From the sequence record DRR378314_172: a stretch of 62,115 nt of DNA; one strand, given 5' to 3'. Below, piece after piece: positions 39,045 to 48,796 of this stretch. The position numbers were made by a program, and so were the translations under genes. The first letter of the stretch is position 1. Each line of letters begins with the position of its first letter. Below the pieces are notes generated by a model that saw only the letters and a program-made list of their open reading frames with translations, ran no database searches and was not told where the DNA came from.

Positions 39045-40571
39045 TCAACTCGCCTGCGGGTGCGCCTCCGCAGCGTGCGAAATCCCCGAGATCGCCTGAA
39101 TCAGGCTGTCTTCGGTGACCTCATCTGCCCCAAAGGTGCGGGTGATCCGCCCGCCATACATGGCGATGATCCGGTCGGAAACATGCAACACCTCGGGCAT
39201 TTCCGAGCTGATCACGATCACCGCATAGCCCTGTGCTGCCAGCTCTCGGATCAGATTATGAATTTCGGATTTGGACCCAACATCGATCCCGCGCGTCGGC
39301 TCATCCACGATTAGCACCTTCGGACGCATCGACAACCACTTTCCAATCACGATCTTCTGCTGGTTGCCGCCAGACAGGTTACCGACAATCTGGCGCCATC
39401 CGGGTGTACGAATATCAAGCTTGTCGCGGTATTGATCAAAGATCGCGATCTCTGCCCCTTCGGCAACAAAAGGGCCGGCCTTGAGGTCGTCCACCTGCGG
39501 CAACGTCATGTTGTCGCGGCAGTTCATGCCCAGCACCAGCCCCTGTTCCTTGCGATCCTCAGGCACCAGAGAAATCCCTTTGGAAATTGCATCGGCAGGC
39601 GACTGGATCCGTGTTTCCTGACCGTCGAGCAATATGTGACCGCCGGATGGATCCCGCAGACCGAATAGCGTTTCGGCGATCTCCGTGCGACCCGCCCCGA
39701 TCAAACCGTAAAACCCCACCACCTCGCCATAGCGCACAGTGAAACTGGCGTCATTGAACAGCTTGCCGCAGCTGAGGTCCCGCACTTCCAATGCCACGTC
39801 GCCCAATTCGTGATCGCTGGCGGCTCTCGACAGGTCCAGCTTGCGCCCGATCATCAGCTGGGTGACATCTTCTTCGGTGGTCTCAGCCGTCTTGAGGGTT
39901 CCGCGAAACTGGCCGTCGCGCAGCACGCTGATGCGATCCGTAATCTTGAAGATCTCCTCCATCCGGTGAGAGATATAGATGATCCCAACCCCCTGCGCCT
40001 GCAGGCTGGCGATCACGTCGAAGAGCACCACTTTCTCCGCATCTGTGAGCGAGGCGGTGGGCTCGTCGAAAATCACCGCCTTGGCGTCTACCGTCAGCGC
40101 GCGGGCGATCTCCACCATCTGCTGGTTGGCAATCGACAGGTCGCCGACACGCGTGCGCGCATCAAAGCCGACCTTCAGGCGCTCAAGGATGGCGTCCGTC
40201 TGCGCGTAGAGCGTGGCCCAGTCCACCAACCCCAGACGCTTGCGTGGCAGCTCTCCCAGATAGATATTCTCGGCCACTGACAGCTCGCCAGCGAGGCTCA
40301 GCTCCTGGTGGATAAACACAATCCCCTTTGCCTTGGCTTCGAGGGGCAGCGCCATGACCACCGGCTGTTCGCCGACGATGATCTGTCCGGCATCTGGTTG
40401 GTGAATGCCGCCGAGCACCTTCATCAGGGTGGATTTTCCAGCGCCATTTTCACCCATCAGGGCGTGCACCTCTCCGGGCATCACGCTGAAGGACACATTG
40501 TCGAGGGCACGCACGCCCGGAAATGTCTTTACGATCCCTTCCAGGCGCAGCGCGGGAGTTTGCTCGTTCAT
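39045..40571 (-). CDS. Sugar ABC transporter ATP-binding protein (CUT2/RbsA type)
   Basis: GENGAGKSTLMK, tandem NBDs, LSGGNQQK, DEPTRGIDVG. Confidence 0.95.
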   Translation of the reverse strand: MNEQTPALRLEGIVKTFPGVRALDNVSFSVMPGEVHALMGENGAGKSTLMKVLGGIHQPDAGQIIVGEQPVVMALPLEAKAKGIVFIHQELSLAGELSVAENIYLGELPRKRLGLVDWATLYAQTDAILERLKVGFDARTRVGDLSIANQQMVEIARALTVDAKAVIFDEPTASLTDAEKVVLFDVIASLQAQGVGIIYISHRMEEIFKITDRISVLRDGQFRGTLKTAETTEEDVTQLMIGRKLDLSRAASDHELGDVALEVRDLSCGKLFNDASFTVRYGEVVGFYGLIGAGRTEIAETLFGLRDPSGGHILLDGQETRIQSPADAISKGISLVPEDRKEQGLVLGMNCRDNMTLPQVDDLKAGPFVAEGAEIAIFDQYRDKLDIRTPGWRQIVGNLSGGNQQKIVIGKWLSMRPKVLIVDEPTRGIDVGSKSEIHNLIRELAAQGYAVIVISSEMPEVLHVSDRIIAMYGGRITRTFGADEVTEDSLIQAISGISHAAEAHPQAS

Positions 40572-41569
40572 AGTCTCAATTCCTCTTTGCCCTTGATGTT
40601 CAACTGACGGTCCAGAAACAGGACGGCCACAAGGATCAAACCGATCACCAGGTTCACGGTCGACGTGTCAGCACCGATATGGGCCAGCCCCTTGCGCAGC
40701 AGCTGGATCGCCAACACCCCACCAAAAGTGGACAGGATCGACCCCGCGCCGCCGGTCAGCTTGGTACCGCCAAGTACCACCGCAGTGATCACCCAGAGCT
40801 CATACAGCTCACCATCGTTGGGGTTTACAGAGCCGCTTTCGGAATAGAAGACCACTGCCGACAGGGCGGCAAGAAACCCGATGATGACGAAGTTTATCAT
40901 CATATGCGGCCCAACCCTGATCCCGGCATTGACGGCCGCCTCACGGTTGTTGCCAATCGCATAGGCGTTGCGGCCATGCACGGTTCGGTTCATCAGGAAC
41001 CAGATCGCTCCGGTCGCCGCCAACAGGAACCAGGTCGGGGTGTGCAGTCCCAGGAACTGCGCTTCGGCAAAATCCACAAGCGTCCAGTTCAGATGCGAGG
41101 TTGGCTGCTCGCCATTGTACATGAACACCAGACCGCGATAGCCCAGCATCGACCCAAGCGTCACGATGAAGGCATCCACGCCGGTTTTCCACACGATAAG
41201 ACCATTGAGCGCGCCCAGCATGGCCCCGGTCAGAAGCGCCAGCGCCCAGGACAGCGGGATCACCCAGTCGCCCAGCCCAGCAAACATCGGCCATGTCATG
41301 CTGTCCAACAGGACAATCGCGCTGATGGCGTAGATCGCCCCAACCGAAAGGTCGATATTGCCGTTGATCATGATGATCGTCATGCCCATGGCAATAATGC
41401 CGATGGGGGCGGATTGCTTGAACAACAACAGCATGTTGTCCAGATCCATGAAGGCCTTGTCGCTGAGCGACAGGAACTCTCCGGCGATGGTGAAGAAGAC
41501 CAGCTCGAACAGGATGAACCCCCAGATCGCGCCACGCTTCAGGAAAGTGCTGAGTGTGCCAGGTGCCAT
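40568..41569 (-). CDS. Sugar ABC transporter permease
   Basis: IDLSVG, FIVTLG, YAIGNN.EAA, ELWVITAVVLGG; start ATG 41569 after RBS GGAGG. Confidence 0.93.
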   Translation of the reverse strand: MAPGTLSTFLKRGAIWGFILFELVFFTIAGEFLSLSDKAFMDLDNMLLLFKQSAPIGIIAMGMTIIMINGNIDLSVGAIYAISAIVLLDSMTWPMFAGLGDWVIPLSWALALLTGAMLGALNGLIVWKTGVDAFIVTLGSMLGYRGLVFMYNGEQPTSHLNWTLVDFAEAQFLGLHTPTWFLLAATGAIWFLMNRTVHGRNAYAIGNNREAAVNAGIRVGPHMMINFVIIGFLAALSAVVFYSESGSVNPNDGELYELWVITAVVLGGTKLTGGAGSILSTFGGVLAIQLLRKGLAHIGADTSTVNLVIGLILVAVLFLDRQLNIKGKEELRL

Positions 41570-41582
41570 GTGCAAACCTCCG

Positions 41583-42602
41583 TTACGCGATGGGGGACCA
41601 AAGCTTGCCCCGCTTGGCCGCAATGTCGAGCCAGACGGCAAGGATGATGATGATCCATGTGACGACGTATTGAACGTAGAACTGCAACCCAACCAGCAGC
41701 AGACCGTTCTGGATGAAGCCGAGGATCAGCACGCCGATCACGGTTTTGAAGATTGTACCCGCGCCCCCCATTAGGGAGGCTCCACCGAGGATAACCGCCG
41801 CCAGAACCTCCAGCTCCAGCCCCTGCCCGACTGTGTTCTGACTGCCCAGCGAGCGACTGGCCTGAATGAGCCCGGCCGTCGCCACGCAAAAGGACGAGAT
41901 CAGATAGCAGCAGAACACCAGTCGCGCCCGCCGAATGCCGGAGAATGTTGCCGCCACGCCATTGCCGCCCACGGCATAGACCTTGCGACCAAAGGGCGTC
42001 TTTGACAGCACCGCGCCGAGGAGTGCGGCGAGCAGAACGAACAGCAGGATCGGGATCGGTATGCCCATGGCATCTCCCTGCCCGAACACGCCGAACCACG
42101 TGCCTTCCTTATCGGCGATGTCCATGTTCTTGCCGCCCGAGTAGGTCAGCGTCAGGCCATGAATGGCCGACAGCATGCCAAGGGTCACAATCAGGGAATT
42201 CAGCCTGAGATAGCCGACAAGAAACCCGATCAACGCCCCAAGGCAAAGCGTCATGGCGAACATCGCCGGGATCGCCAACGCCGGGCCAATCTTGTCGTGC
42301 AGGTCCAGCACCACGATAGTGGAGAAGGACATCATCGACCCGACAGACAGGTCGAGATTGCCGCTGATCACCACAAACGTCACGCCCAGCGCCATGACCC
42401 CGAGGATCGCCGAAGAGCGGATCACCCCCATCACGTTGTCCGGGTCGAGAAAGCGCTCGTTTGCGACGGTAAATCCGATCATGAAAATGACGAACGCCAC
42501 CAGGATGCCTTGCCGCGCAAGAAGACCGGTGATGTTCAATCTGGCAAACCAGCTCTCGGTCCGGCCGGACGGGCTTGCCTTGTGTTCCGCAGTTGGCGGC
42601 AT
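41583..42602 (-). CDS. Sugar ABC transporter permease
   Basis: LDLSVGS, FGRKVYAVGGN, ELEVLAAVILGG; start ATG 42602 after RBS GGAGG. Confidence 0.93.
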   Translation of the reverse strand: MPPTAEHKASPSGRTESWFARLNITGLLARQGILVAFVIFMIGFTVANERFLDPDNVMGVIRSSAILGVMALGVTFVVISGNLDLSVGSMMSFSTIVVLDLHDKIGPALAIPAMFAMTLCLGALIGFLVGYLRLNSLIVTLGMLSAIHGLTLTYSGGKNMDIADKEGTWFGVFGQGDAMGIPIPILLFVLLAALLGAVLSKTPFGRKVYAVGGNGVAATFSGIRRARLVFCCYLISSFCVATAGLIQASRSLGSQNTVGQGLELEVLAAVILGGASLMGGAGTIFKTVIGVLILGFIQNGLLLVGLQFYVQYVVTWIIIILAVWLDIAAKRGKLWSPIA

Positions 42603-42631
42603 TTGTTCCTCCCTCACCCGCTGGTTCTGTC

Positions 42632-43429
42632 TCATACCAGCGTCATGCCGCCATCGATCATCACGATCTGGCCAGTCATGTAGTCGCTGTCCTTTGATGC
42701 CAGGAATGTCGTTGTCCCGGTGATGTCTTCGGGGCGTGCCACGCGGCCACGCAGGATGGTGGCCGAAAACTCTTCCATTGCCTGACCGGGGCGATCCGCG
42801 GCTCCGATCTGCATCAGGTCCTGATCCACCTGCTCCCACATTTCCGTCGCCACCACACCGGGGGCAAAGCCGGTGACGGTGATGTCATGCTTCGCCAGGT
42901 CCCGCGCTCCGGACTGAACCAGCGCCACCACACCCCATTTGGAGGCGCAGTAGGGCGCCACATTGTCAAACCCCTGACGGCTGGCGATGGAGGCGGTGTT
43001 CACGATCTTGCCGCCTGTCCCCTGGGCGATCATCTGCTTGGCAGCCTCCTGCATTCCGATCAGGCAGCCCAAGCCGTTGACGTTCATGATGAAATGCCAG
43101 TTTTGCTCGGTCACATCCAGAAAGTTCATTGGCCGGTTCACACCGGCGTTGTTGAACTTCACGTCCAGCTTGCCAAAGGCCTCCACGGTCTTTGCGATCA
43201 TCTCGCGCACGTGCTGGCGGTTGGTCACGTCAACTTCGGCCCACGTCACCCGCCCGCCGTGGTCTGACGCGCGGGACTGGTTTGACTCGGCCACCTTGGC
43301 GGCCAGGGTGCCGTTGATGTCGGCAAAACAGACGTCTGCGCCCTCATCCAGAAGCGCCTCGCCAATGGCGCGTCCGATCCCCTGCGCCGCGCCTGTCACA
43401 ATACAGGAACGCCCGGTCATACGGCCCAT
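42632..43429 (-). CDS. SDR oxidoreductase (acetoin reductase/polyol dehydrogenase-like)
   Basis: TGAAQGIG, NNAG, YCASK, APGVVATEMWEQVD. Confidence 0.9.
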   Translation of the reverse strand: MGRMTGRSCIVTGAAQGIGRAIGEALLDEGADVCFADINGTLAAKVAESNQSRASDHGGRVTWAEVDVTNRQHVREMIAKTVEAFGKLDVKFNNAGVNRPMNFLDVTEQNWHFIMNVNGLGCLIGMQEAAKQMIAQGTGGKIVNTASIASRQGFDNVAPYCASKWGVVALVQSGARDLAKHDITVTGFAPGVVATEMWEQVDQDLMQIGAADRPGQAMEEFSATILRGRVARPEDITGTTTFLASKDSDYMTGQIVMIDGGMTLV

Positions 43430-43517
43430 GATTCATGTCCAATCTGTTGTGGTCGTGAAGTCTCGCATGGCGCACCGGGCGCAGGCCGCACAGGCGCGCG
43501 CCCGATGGCAGCCGGGA

Positions 43518-44474
43518 TCAGAACACCGGCTTGTCGAACTCGCCCATGTTGTCCTGGGTGATCTTCGGCGTATCGAAGTAATTCAGGAACGGCACATCCT
43601 TGCCGCTGAGCACATCAACCGCAGTCTGCAGGGCCGCTTCGGCGTCATCGACCGGAGACTGGTAGATCGACCCCCAGTATTCGCCCCGCTCCATCGCCTC
43701 ATACCCAACCGAGAAGTTGGTGGCGCCCACAAAGATGATACCGTCGCGCCCCGCCGCCTTGGCAGCATTCAGAGCGCCCACGCCCATGTTGTCATCGCCG
43801 GAATAGACACCGTCGATATCATCATATTTGACGAGGAAGGCCTCCATCACCTTTTGTGATTTCTCACGGTTCCAGTCACCGGGCTGTGTCTCGACCAGGG
43901 TCACGTTGGGGCAAACTTCCGGCAAGCGGTCCTCAAACCCCTTGGCGCGTTCGATCGCCGTGGTGTAGCCCGGTTGACCGGAAATCTGCACAATGCGGGC
44001 CTCATCCTCGATGCCGCTTGCCTTGAACTTGTCGCACATGATCTCTGCCGAACGGGACCCTTGGGTGATATTGTCCGGACCAGAGAAGGACGCGACGAAA
44101 TCAAATCCCTGTTCCGCGATGTTGGAATTGGTCACGATCACCGGGATATCGGCGTTGTGCGCCTTGCGTACTGCCGGGATTACCGCCTCACCGTTGGTGG
44201 GCCAAATGATGATGGCATCGACCTCTTGCTGGATCAGATCTTCCATCTGGGCGATCTGACGCGCCACATCACCGCCGGCATCCAGCACCACTGTTTCGAT
44301 ATCCGGATTGGCCTCCGCAGCCGCGATAAAGGCCTTTTCATAGGTGGTCTGGTAGCTGTCCACACCCACGTTATTCTGCGTGATACCGATCTTCATCGTA
44401 TCCGCGGCCACACCGCCGGCGGCCGTCAGTGCCAGAACGGCGGTGGCCGAAGCGAGAGTACTGTTAAGTTTCAT
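43518..44474 (-). CDS. Sugar ABC transporter substrate-binding protein (RbsB-like)
   Basis: Signal peptide; DAGGDVARQIAQMEDLI, ERAKGF, GDWNRE, DDNMGVGA, YQSP; start ATG 44474 after RBS GGAG. Confidence 0.93.
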   Translation of the reverse strand: MKLNSTLASATAVLALTAAGGVAADTMKIGITQNNVGVDSYQTTYEKAFIAAAEANPDIETVVLDAGGDVARQIAQMEDLIQQEVDAIIIWPTNGEAVIPAVRKAHNADIPVIVTNSNIAEQGFDFVASFSGPDNITQGSRSAEIMCDKFKASGIEDEARIVQISGQPGYTTAIERAKGFEDRLPEVCPNVTLVETQPGDWNREKSQKVMEAFLVKYDDIDGVYSGDDNMGVGALNAAKAAGRDGIIFVGATNFSVGYEAMERGEYWGSIYQSPVDDAEAALQTAVDVLSGKDVPFLNYFDTPKITQDNMGEFDKPVF

Positions 44475-44610
44475 TTCGGGTCTCCTCCCAGATATTCCCC
44501 TGTTTCGTCCCATACCGGCGAACTCCTCCCGTTCGGTCAGCATGGCCCGCCAGTTCCGGCGGCTGCCTCAAAGAATGCCGCGTACCGCAAATCTGCGTGC
44601 CCGGAATTTT

Positions 44611-44644
44611 ATCCATAATGGATTATTTTATATCCATAATGGAT
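44611..44644. promoter_or_regulatory. Tandem palindromic operator ATCCAT-A-ATGGAT, two copies
   Basis: Identical 13-bp palindromes at 44611-44623 and 44632-44644 (21 bp apart) in the AT-rich divergent intergenic region. Confidence 0.75.
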
Positions 44645-44699
44645 TTATTCGCGATCCCACCCAGTGACCAAACTGAACATCCTGCAAAGGAGCGGCGCA

Positions 44700-46529
44700 A
44701 TGCCAGACAATGATTCATCCAATCCGGATATGTTTCCCCCGCCGGGAGTGACCTCCGAGAGAAAGGTTCAAACGCATCTCATGAACATGATGCGCGGACA
44801 TAGCGAGGGCAACATGGTAACGCCCCAGGCCAAAACCGAGATGCTCCAGATGATGTCGTTTCTGGATGATTTCGCCGATGAGCTTGAGGACACCATAGAG
44901 CTGTTTGCGCCAAATCCGTTCTATCGGATGGCGCTACATCTCGTGCGTGGGCACCTCGAAGGCAAGGTCATCACCCCGACCTCGCTGATCGGCGCCGCGC
45001 GGGTTCCCTATGCCACCGCAACCCGTCGCCTGAAGGAGATGACAGACGCAGGTTTGGTAGAGAAGCGCCCACGGACCAAGACCGGCAAAAGCTTTTCCAT
45101 GCATCCAAGCGAGGCACTGCTCGACCAGTGGATGCGCCTGTCAGGACGCCTGCGCCGCATCGGAGATGCCCGGTTCGGTCGCGGCGGCGCGTCACAGGAC
45201 ACCACCGATTATTACTTCGGCGGCTCCTATCTGGCGGCGCAGTCGATCCCACCGCTACAGGTTCTGGCCGAACCGCTGAAGGCCTCTGGTGGTCTGCGGG
45301 TTCTGGTGCACGGCGACCCCACCTTCATGGTGATGGACAATCTGAAGCGCCAGTTCGAACAGGTGATCGGCACTCAGATCCACCAGCGCGCCTTTTCCAT
45401 CGACCGCCTGCGCGAGGAAGCGCTGCGCAATGCGGAGCGCAAGGCCAGCCGGTACGATATCATCGCCGTAGATCTGCCCTGGGTTGGCAGTTTTGCTGCG
45501 CGGAATGTGCTGATGCCGCTGGACGACGTGATGGATATCGCCCGTCTCGACCCGGCGGATTTCCACACAGCGGGCTGGAACGCGGCCCATTGCAGCGGTC
45601 GTCCCTACGGCGTGCCCGCCCAGACAACACCAGAATTGCTGTTCTATCGCCGCGATCTCTTTGCCGAGGCCGGGCTGGAACCGCCCGCCTCGACGGACGC
45701 GCTGCTGAATGCGGCCAAGGTGCTGCATGAGCCGCAACAGGGCCGGTATGGCATAGCCTGGAACGCGGCGCGCGGGACGGCGCTTGGCCACACCGTGCTG
45801 ATGACGCTGGCAGATTTTGGTCAGCCTGTTCTCGACCTGCCGGCGATCGCTGGCGGCTTTGACACCTCTGGGCTGCTGGATGGCGACCTGCGCCCCACCA
45901 TCGACACACCTGCCGGTTTGCTGGCAGCGGAGTATCTGCTGGAGATGCTGCAATACTCGCCACCCGATATCCTGTCGATGTCCTGGTACGAGCGGGTGCG
46001 CCCCTATGCGGCGGGCAAGGTGGCGATGGCCTATGGCTACACCCTGCTTGCCCCCTATTTCGAACTCGACAGCTCCTCGCCTGCCCATGGACAGACCGGG
46101 TACCTGCCACACCCCTGCGGTGCGGATGCAACGCCGGTCGCCCCGGTTGGAGGCTATGTGATGGGCATTCCGGCCAATCTGCCCCCCGAACGGGTGCCGG
46201 CCGCGGTGGAGGCCCTGCTGGTTTTCACCTCACCGGAAGCACAGAAGCTTTACGTGCAGAATGGCAGCCGCACCAACCCGCGCTATTCCGTGGGCGCAGA
46301 TCCCGAAGTGCGGCGGATCTCGCCCATCTTCGAGGCGGTGGATGCGATGTCCTGGCGTGACGAGCTGCAATTCTGGCCGCGCCCGCCGATGCCGGGGATC
46401 AACCGGATGATCCAGATCTGCGGCGAGGAATTCCACGACATGCTGCGCGGCATCCAGACCCCGCGCGAAACCCTGCGCCGCGCCCAGTCCCGGGCCGAAG
46501 ACATGCTGCGCTCGGACAAATTTACGTGA
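44700..46529 (+). CDS. Winged-helix DNA-binding domain fused to a family-1 solute-binding domain (probable one-component regulator)
   Basis: No signal peptide; wHTH-like ITPTSLIGAARVPYATATRRLKEMTDAGLVEKRPR; C-terminal SBP motifs YDIIAVD.PW, YGVP...LLFYRRDLF..AGL.PP; RBS AAGGAG before ATG 44700. Confidence 0.75.
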   Translation: MPDNDSSNPDMFPPPGVTSERKVQTHLMNMMRGHSEGNMVTPQAKTEMLQMMSFLDDFADELEDTIELFAPNPFYRMALHLVRGHLEGKVITPTSLIGAARVPYATATRRLKEMTDAGLVEKRPRTKTGKSFSMHPSEALLDQWMRLSGRLRRIGDARFGRGGASQDTTDYYFGGSYLAAQSIPPLQVLAEPLKASGGLRVLVHGDPTFMVMDNLKRQFEQVIGTQIHQRAFSIDRLREEALRNAERKASRYDIIAVDLPWVGSFAARNVLMPLDDVMDIARLDPADFHTAGWNAAHCSGRPYGVPAQTTPELLFYRRDLFAEAGLEPPASTDALLNAAKVLHEPQQGRYGIAWNAARGTALGHTVLMTLADFGQPVLDLPAIAGGFDTSGLLDGDLRPTIDTPAGLLAAEYLLEMLQYSPPDILSMSWYERVRPYAAGKVAMAYGYTLLAPYFELDSSSPAHGQTGYLPHPCGADATPVAPVGGYVMGIPANLPPERVPAAVEALLVFTSPEAQKLYVQNGSRTNPRYSVGADPEVRRISPIFEAVDAMSWRDELQFWPRPPMPGINRMIQICGEEFHDMLRGIQTPRETLRRAQSRAEDMLRSDKFT

Positions 46530-46547
46530 CATGAGGAGGAGAGACCC

Positions 46548-47357
46548 ATGGACCCCAATCGCCTGAACGGCAAGAATATCCTGATCACCGGTGCCGCCCG
46601 CGGCATGGGGGCTGCCAACGCCGAAGCCTTTGCCGCGCAGGGGGCCAATGTCTGCATCGGCGACCTTGATGGCGATGAAGCGCAGGCGATGGCGAACCAG
46701 ATCAACAGCGCTGGCAACGGCAAGGCGATTGCGGTCAAAATGGATGTGACCAAGCGCGAGGACAACGCAGCCGCTGTGGCTGCCACCGTTGACGCCTTTG
46801 GGTCCATTAACATCGGTCTGTTCAATGCTGGCCTCAACAAGCCCCGGTTCTTCATGGATATCGATGAAGACAACTGGGACATGATCATGAACGTCAACAC
46901 CAAGGCGATGTGGCTGGGAATGCAGGAAACTGCGCGCCAGATGATCAAACAGGGCCCGATGGACGGCCACCCCTACAAGCTGATCAACGTCGGTTCCATC
47001 GCCTCGCGCAAGCCCCTGGTGGATGTCACGGTCTACTGTACTTCGAAATACGGCTGCCTGGCGCTGACCCATTGCGGCGCCGTGAGCCTGTCGGAGCACA
47101 ACATCACCGTGAATGGCTACGCGCCCGGCGTGGTTGTGACCCCACTTTGGGAGCAGCTCGACAAGGATCTGGTCGATATCGGGTTCAAGGAACGCGAAGG
47201 TCAGGCCTATGACGACATCGTCCGCGATGCGCTGCAAATCAAACGCGTCTCCTACCCCGATGACATCACCGGCACGGCCTCTTTCCTGGCCAGCGATGAC
47301 AGCGACTACATGACCGGCCAGATGATCCACATCGATGGGGGCTGGTGCATCCAGTAA
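46548..47357 (+). CDS. SDR oxidoreductase
   Basis: TGAARGMG, FNAG, YCTSK, APGVVVTPLWEQLD. Confidence 0.9.
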   Translation: MDPNRLNGKNILITGAARGMGAANAEAFAAQGANVCIGDLDGDEAQAMANQINSAGNGKAIAVKMDVTKREDNAAAVAATVDAFGSINIGLFNAGLNKPRFFMDIDEDNWDMIMNVNTKAMWLGMQETARQMIKQGPMDGHPYKLINVGSIASRKPLVDVTVYCTSKYGCLALTHCGAVSLSEHNITVNGYAPGVVVTPLWEQLDKDLVDIGFKEREGQAYDDIVRDALQIKRVSYPDDITGTASFLASDDSDYMTGQMIHIDGGWCIQ

Positions 47358-47432
47358 CCCGCCGGACCTACGACAAATATCAGAATTCAAAGAACAACAG
47401 GCGGGGCACTCCCCGACCTGAAGGAGGAACCT

Positions 47433-48731
47433 ATGTCCCGCGCCCTGACCCCGAACGTGCTGACCCCGCAGGATCTCGATCCACATTGGCAATGGGAGGG
47501 GCGCCTGCCCGCCTGGGGCCACACCAACGTCGATTTTGAACGCCGCGTCGATCACGACCGTTTGCGCCGCTACCGTCTGAGCCGCACCCGCGAGGCGCTG
47601 AAGAACAGCGACTGCGGCACGCTTTTGCTGTTTGATGTCAACAACATCCGCTACGTCTCCTCGACCAAGATCGGCGAATGGGAGCGGGACAAGATGTGCC
47701 GTTTCTGTCTGCTGACCGGCGATGATGCGCCTTATGTCTGGGATTTCGGCTCCGCTGCCGTCCACCACAAGAAATACTCCGACTGGCTGGTGCCCGATCA
47801 TTGCCGCGCCGGTGTGGTGGGCATGCGGGGCACCATCCCGCCGTCGTTCGGGCTGATGCGCAAATATGCCGAGGAGATCGCAGGTCTGATCGAAGACGCG
47901 GGCATGAAGGGCATGCCGGTCGGCGTCGACTATGCTGAAACCGCCATGTTCCATGCCTTGAAAGAAGCGGGCCTGAACGTGGTCGATGGCCAGCAGATCA
48001 TGCTGTCGGCGCGCGAGATCAAGAACTGGGACGAGATCCAGTTGCTGACGCAGGCCGCCTCCATGGTCGATGGTGTCTACCATATGATCTACGAGGAGCT
48101 GAAACCCGGCATCCGCGAAAACGACATTGTCGCCATGTCCAACAAGCTCCTCTACGAAATGGGCTCGGACGATGTGGAGGCGATCAACGCCATTTCCGGC
48201 GAGCGCTGCAACCCGCACCCGCATAACTTCACCGACCGGCTGTTCCGGCCCGGCGACCAAGCCTTTTTCGATATCCTGCAATCCTATCAGGGCTATCGGA
48301 CCTGCTACTACCGGACCTTTAACATCGGCACCTCCACCCCCGCCCAGCGCGATGCCTACGTGAAGGCGCGTGAATGGATCGACGCCTCGATCCAGGCGAT
48401 CAAACCCGGCGTGACGACCGATCAGGTGGCCAAGCTCTGGCCCAAGGCCGAGGAGTTCGGCTTTCCGGATGAACTTTCGGCATTTGGCTTGCAATTCGGC
48501 CATGGTCTGGGATTGGCGCTGCACGAACGCCCCATCATCAGCCGCGCCGTCAGCCTTGATAACCCGATGGAAATCAAGACCGGCATGGTCTTTGCGCTGG
48601 AAACCTACTGCCCCGCCGCCGACGGCTATTCTGCCGCGCGGATCGAGGAAGAAGTGGTGGTGACCGACACCGGCTGCGAGGTGATTTCGCTGTTCCCGGC
48701 GCAGGATCTGCCGATCGCCAACAGGTACTGA
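47433..48731 (+). CDS. M24 (Xaa-Pro peptidase/creatinase-like) hydrolase
   Basis: NIRY, AREIKN.DEI, FFDI, GHGLGLALHE, ALETY, RIEEEVVVT. Confidence 0.88.
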   Translation: MSRALTPNVLTPQDLDPHWQWEGRLPAWGHTNVDFERRVDHDRLRRYRLSRTREALKNSDCGTLLLFDVNNIRYVSSTKIGEWERDKMCRFCLLTGDDAPYVWDFGSAAVHHKKYSDWLVPDHCRAGVVGMRGTIPPSFGLMRKYAEEIAGLIEDAGMKGMPVGVDYAETAMFHALKEAGLNVVDGQQIMLSAREIKNWDEIQLLTQAASMVDGVYHMIYEELKPGIRENDIVAMSNKLLYEMGSDDVEAINAISGERCNPHPHNFTDRLFRPGDQAFFDILQSYQGYRTCYYRTFNIGTSTPAQRDAYVKAREWIDASIQAIKPGVTTDQVAKLWPKAEEFGFPDELSAFGLQFGHGLGLALHERPIISRAVSLDNPMEIKTGMVFALETYCPAADGYSAARIEEEVVVTDTGCEVISLFPAQDLPIANRY

Positions 48732-48747
48732 GACACCTCCCCGACTG

Positions 48748-48781
48748 CCCGGCCCCGATCACTGCGGGGCCGGGATTTTTT
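48748..48781 (+). terminator. Intra-operon terminator-like hairpin
   Basis: CCCGGCCCCG-atcactg-CGGGGCCGGG followed by ATTTTTT. Confidence 0.6.
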
Positions 48782-48796
48782 GACCGGAGACACACC

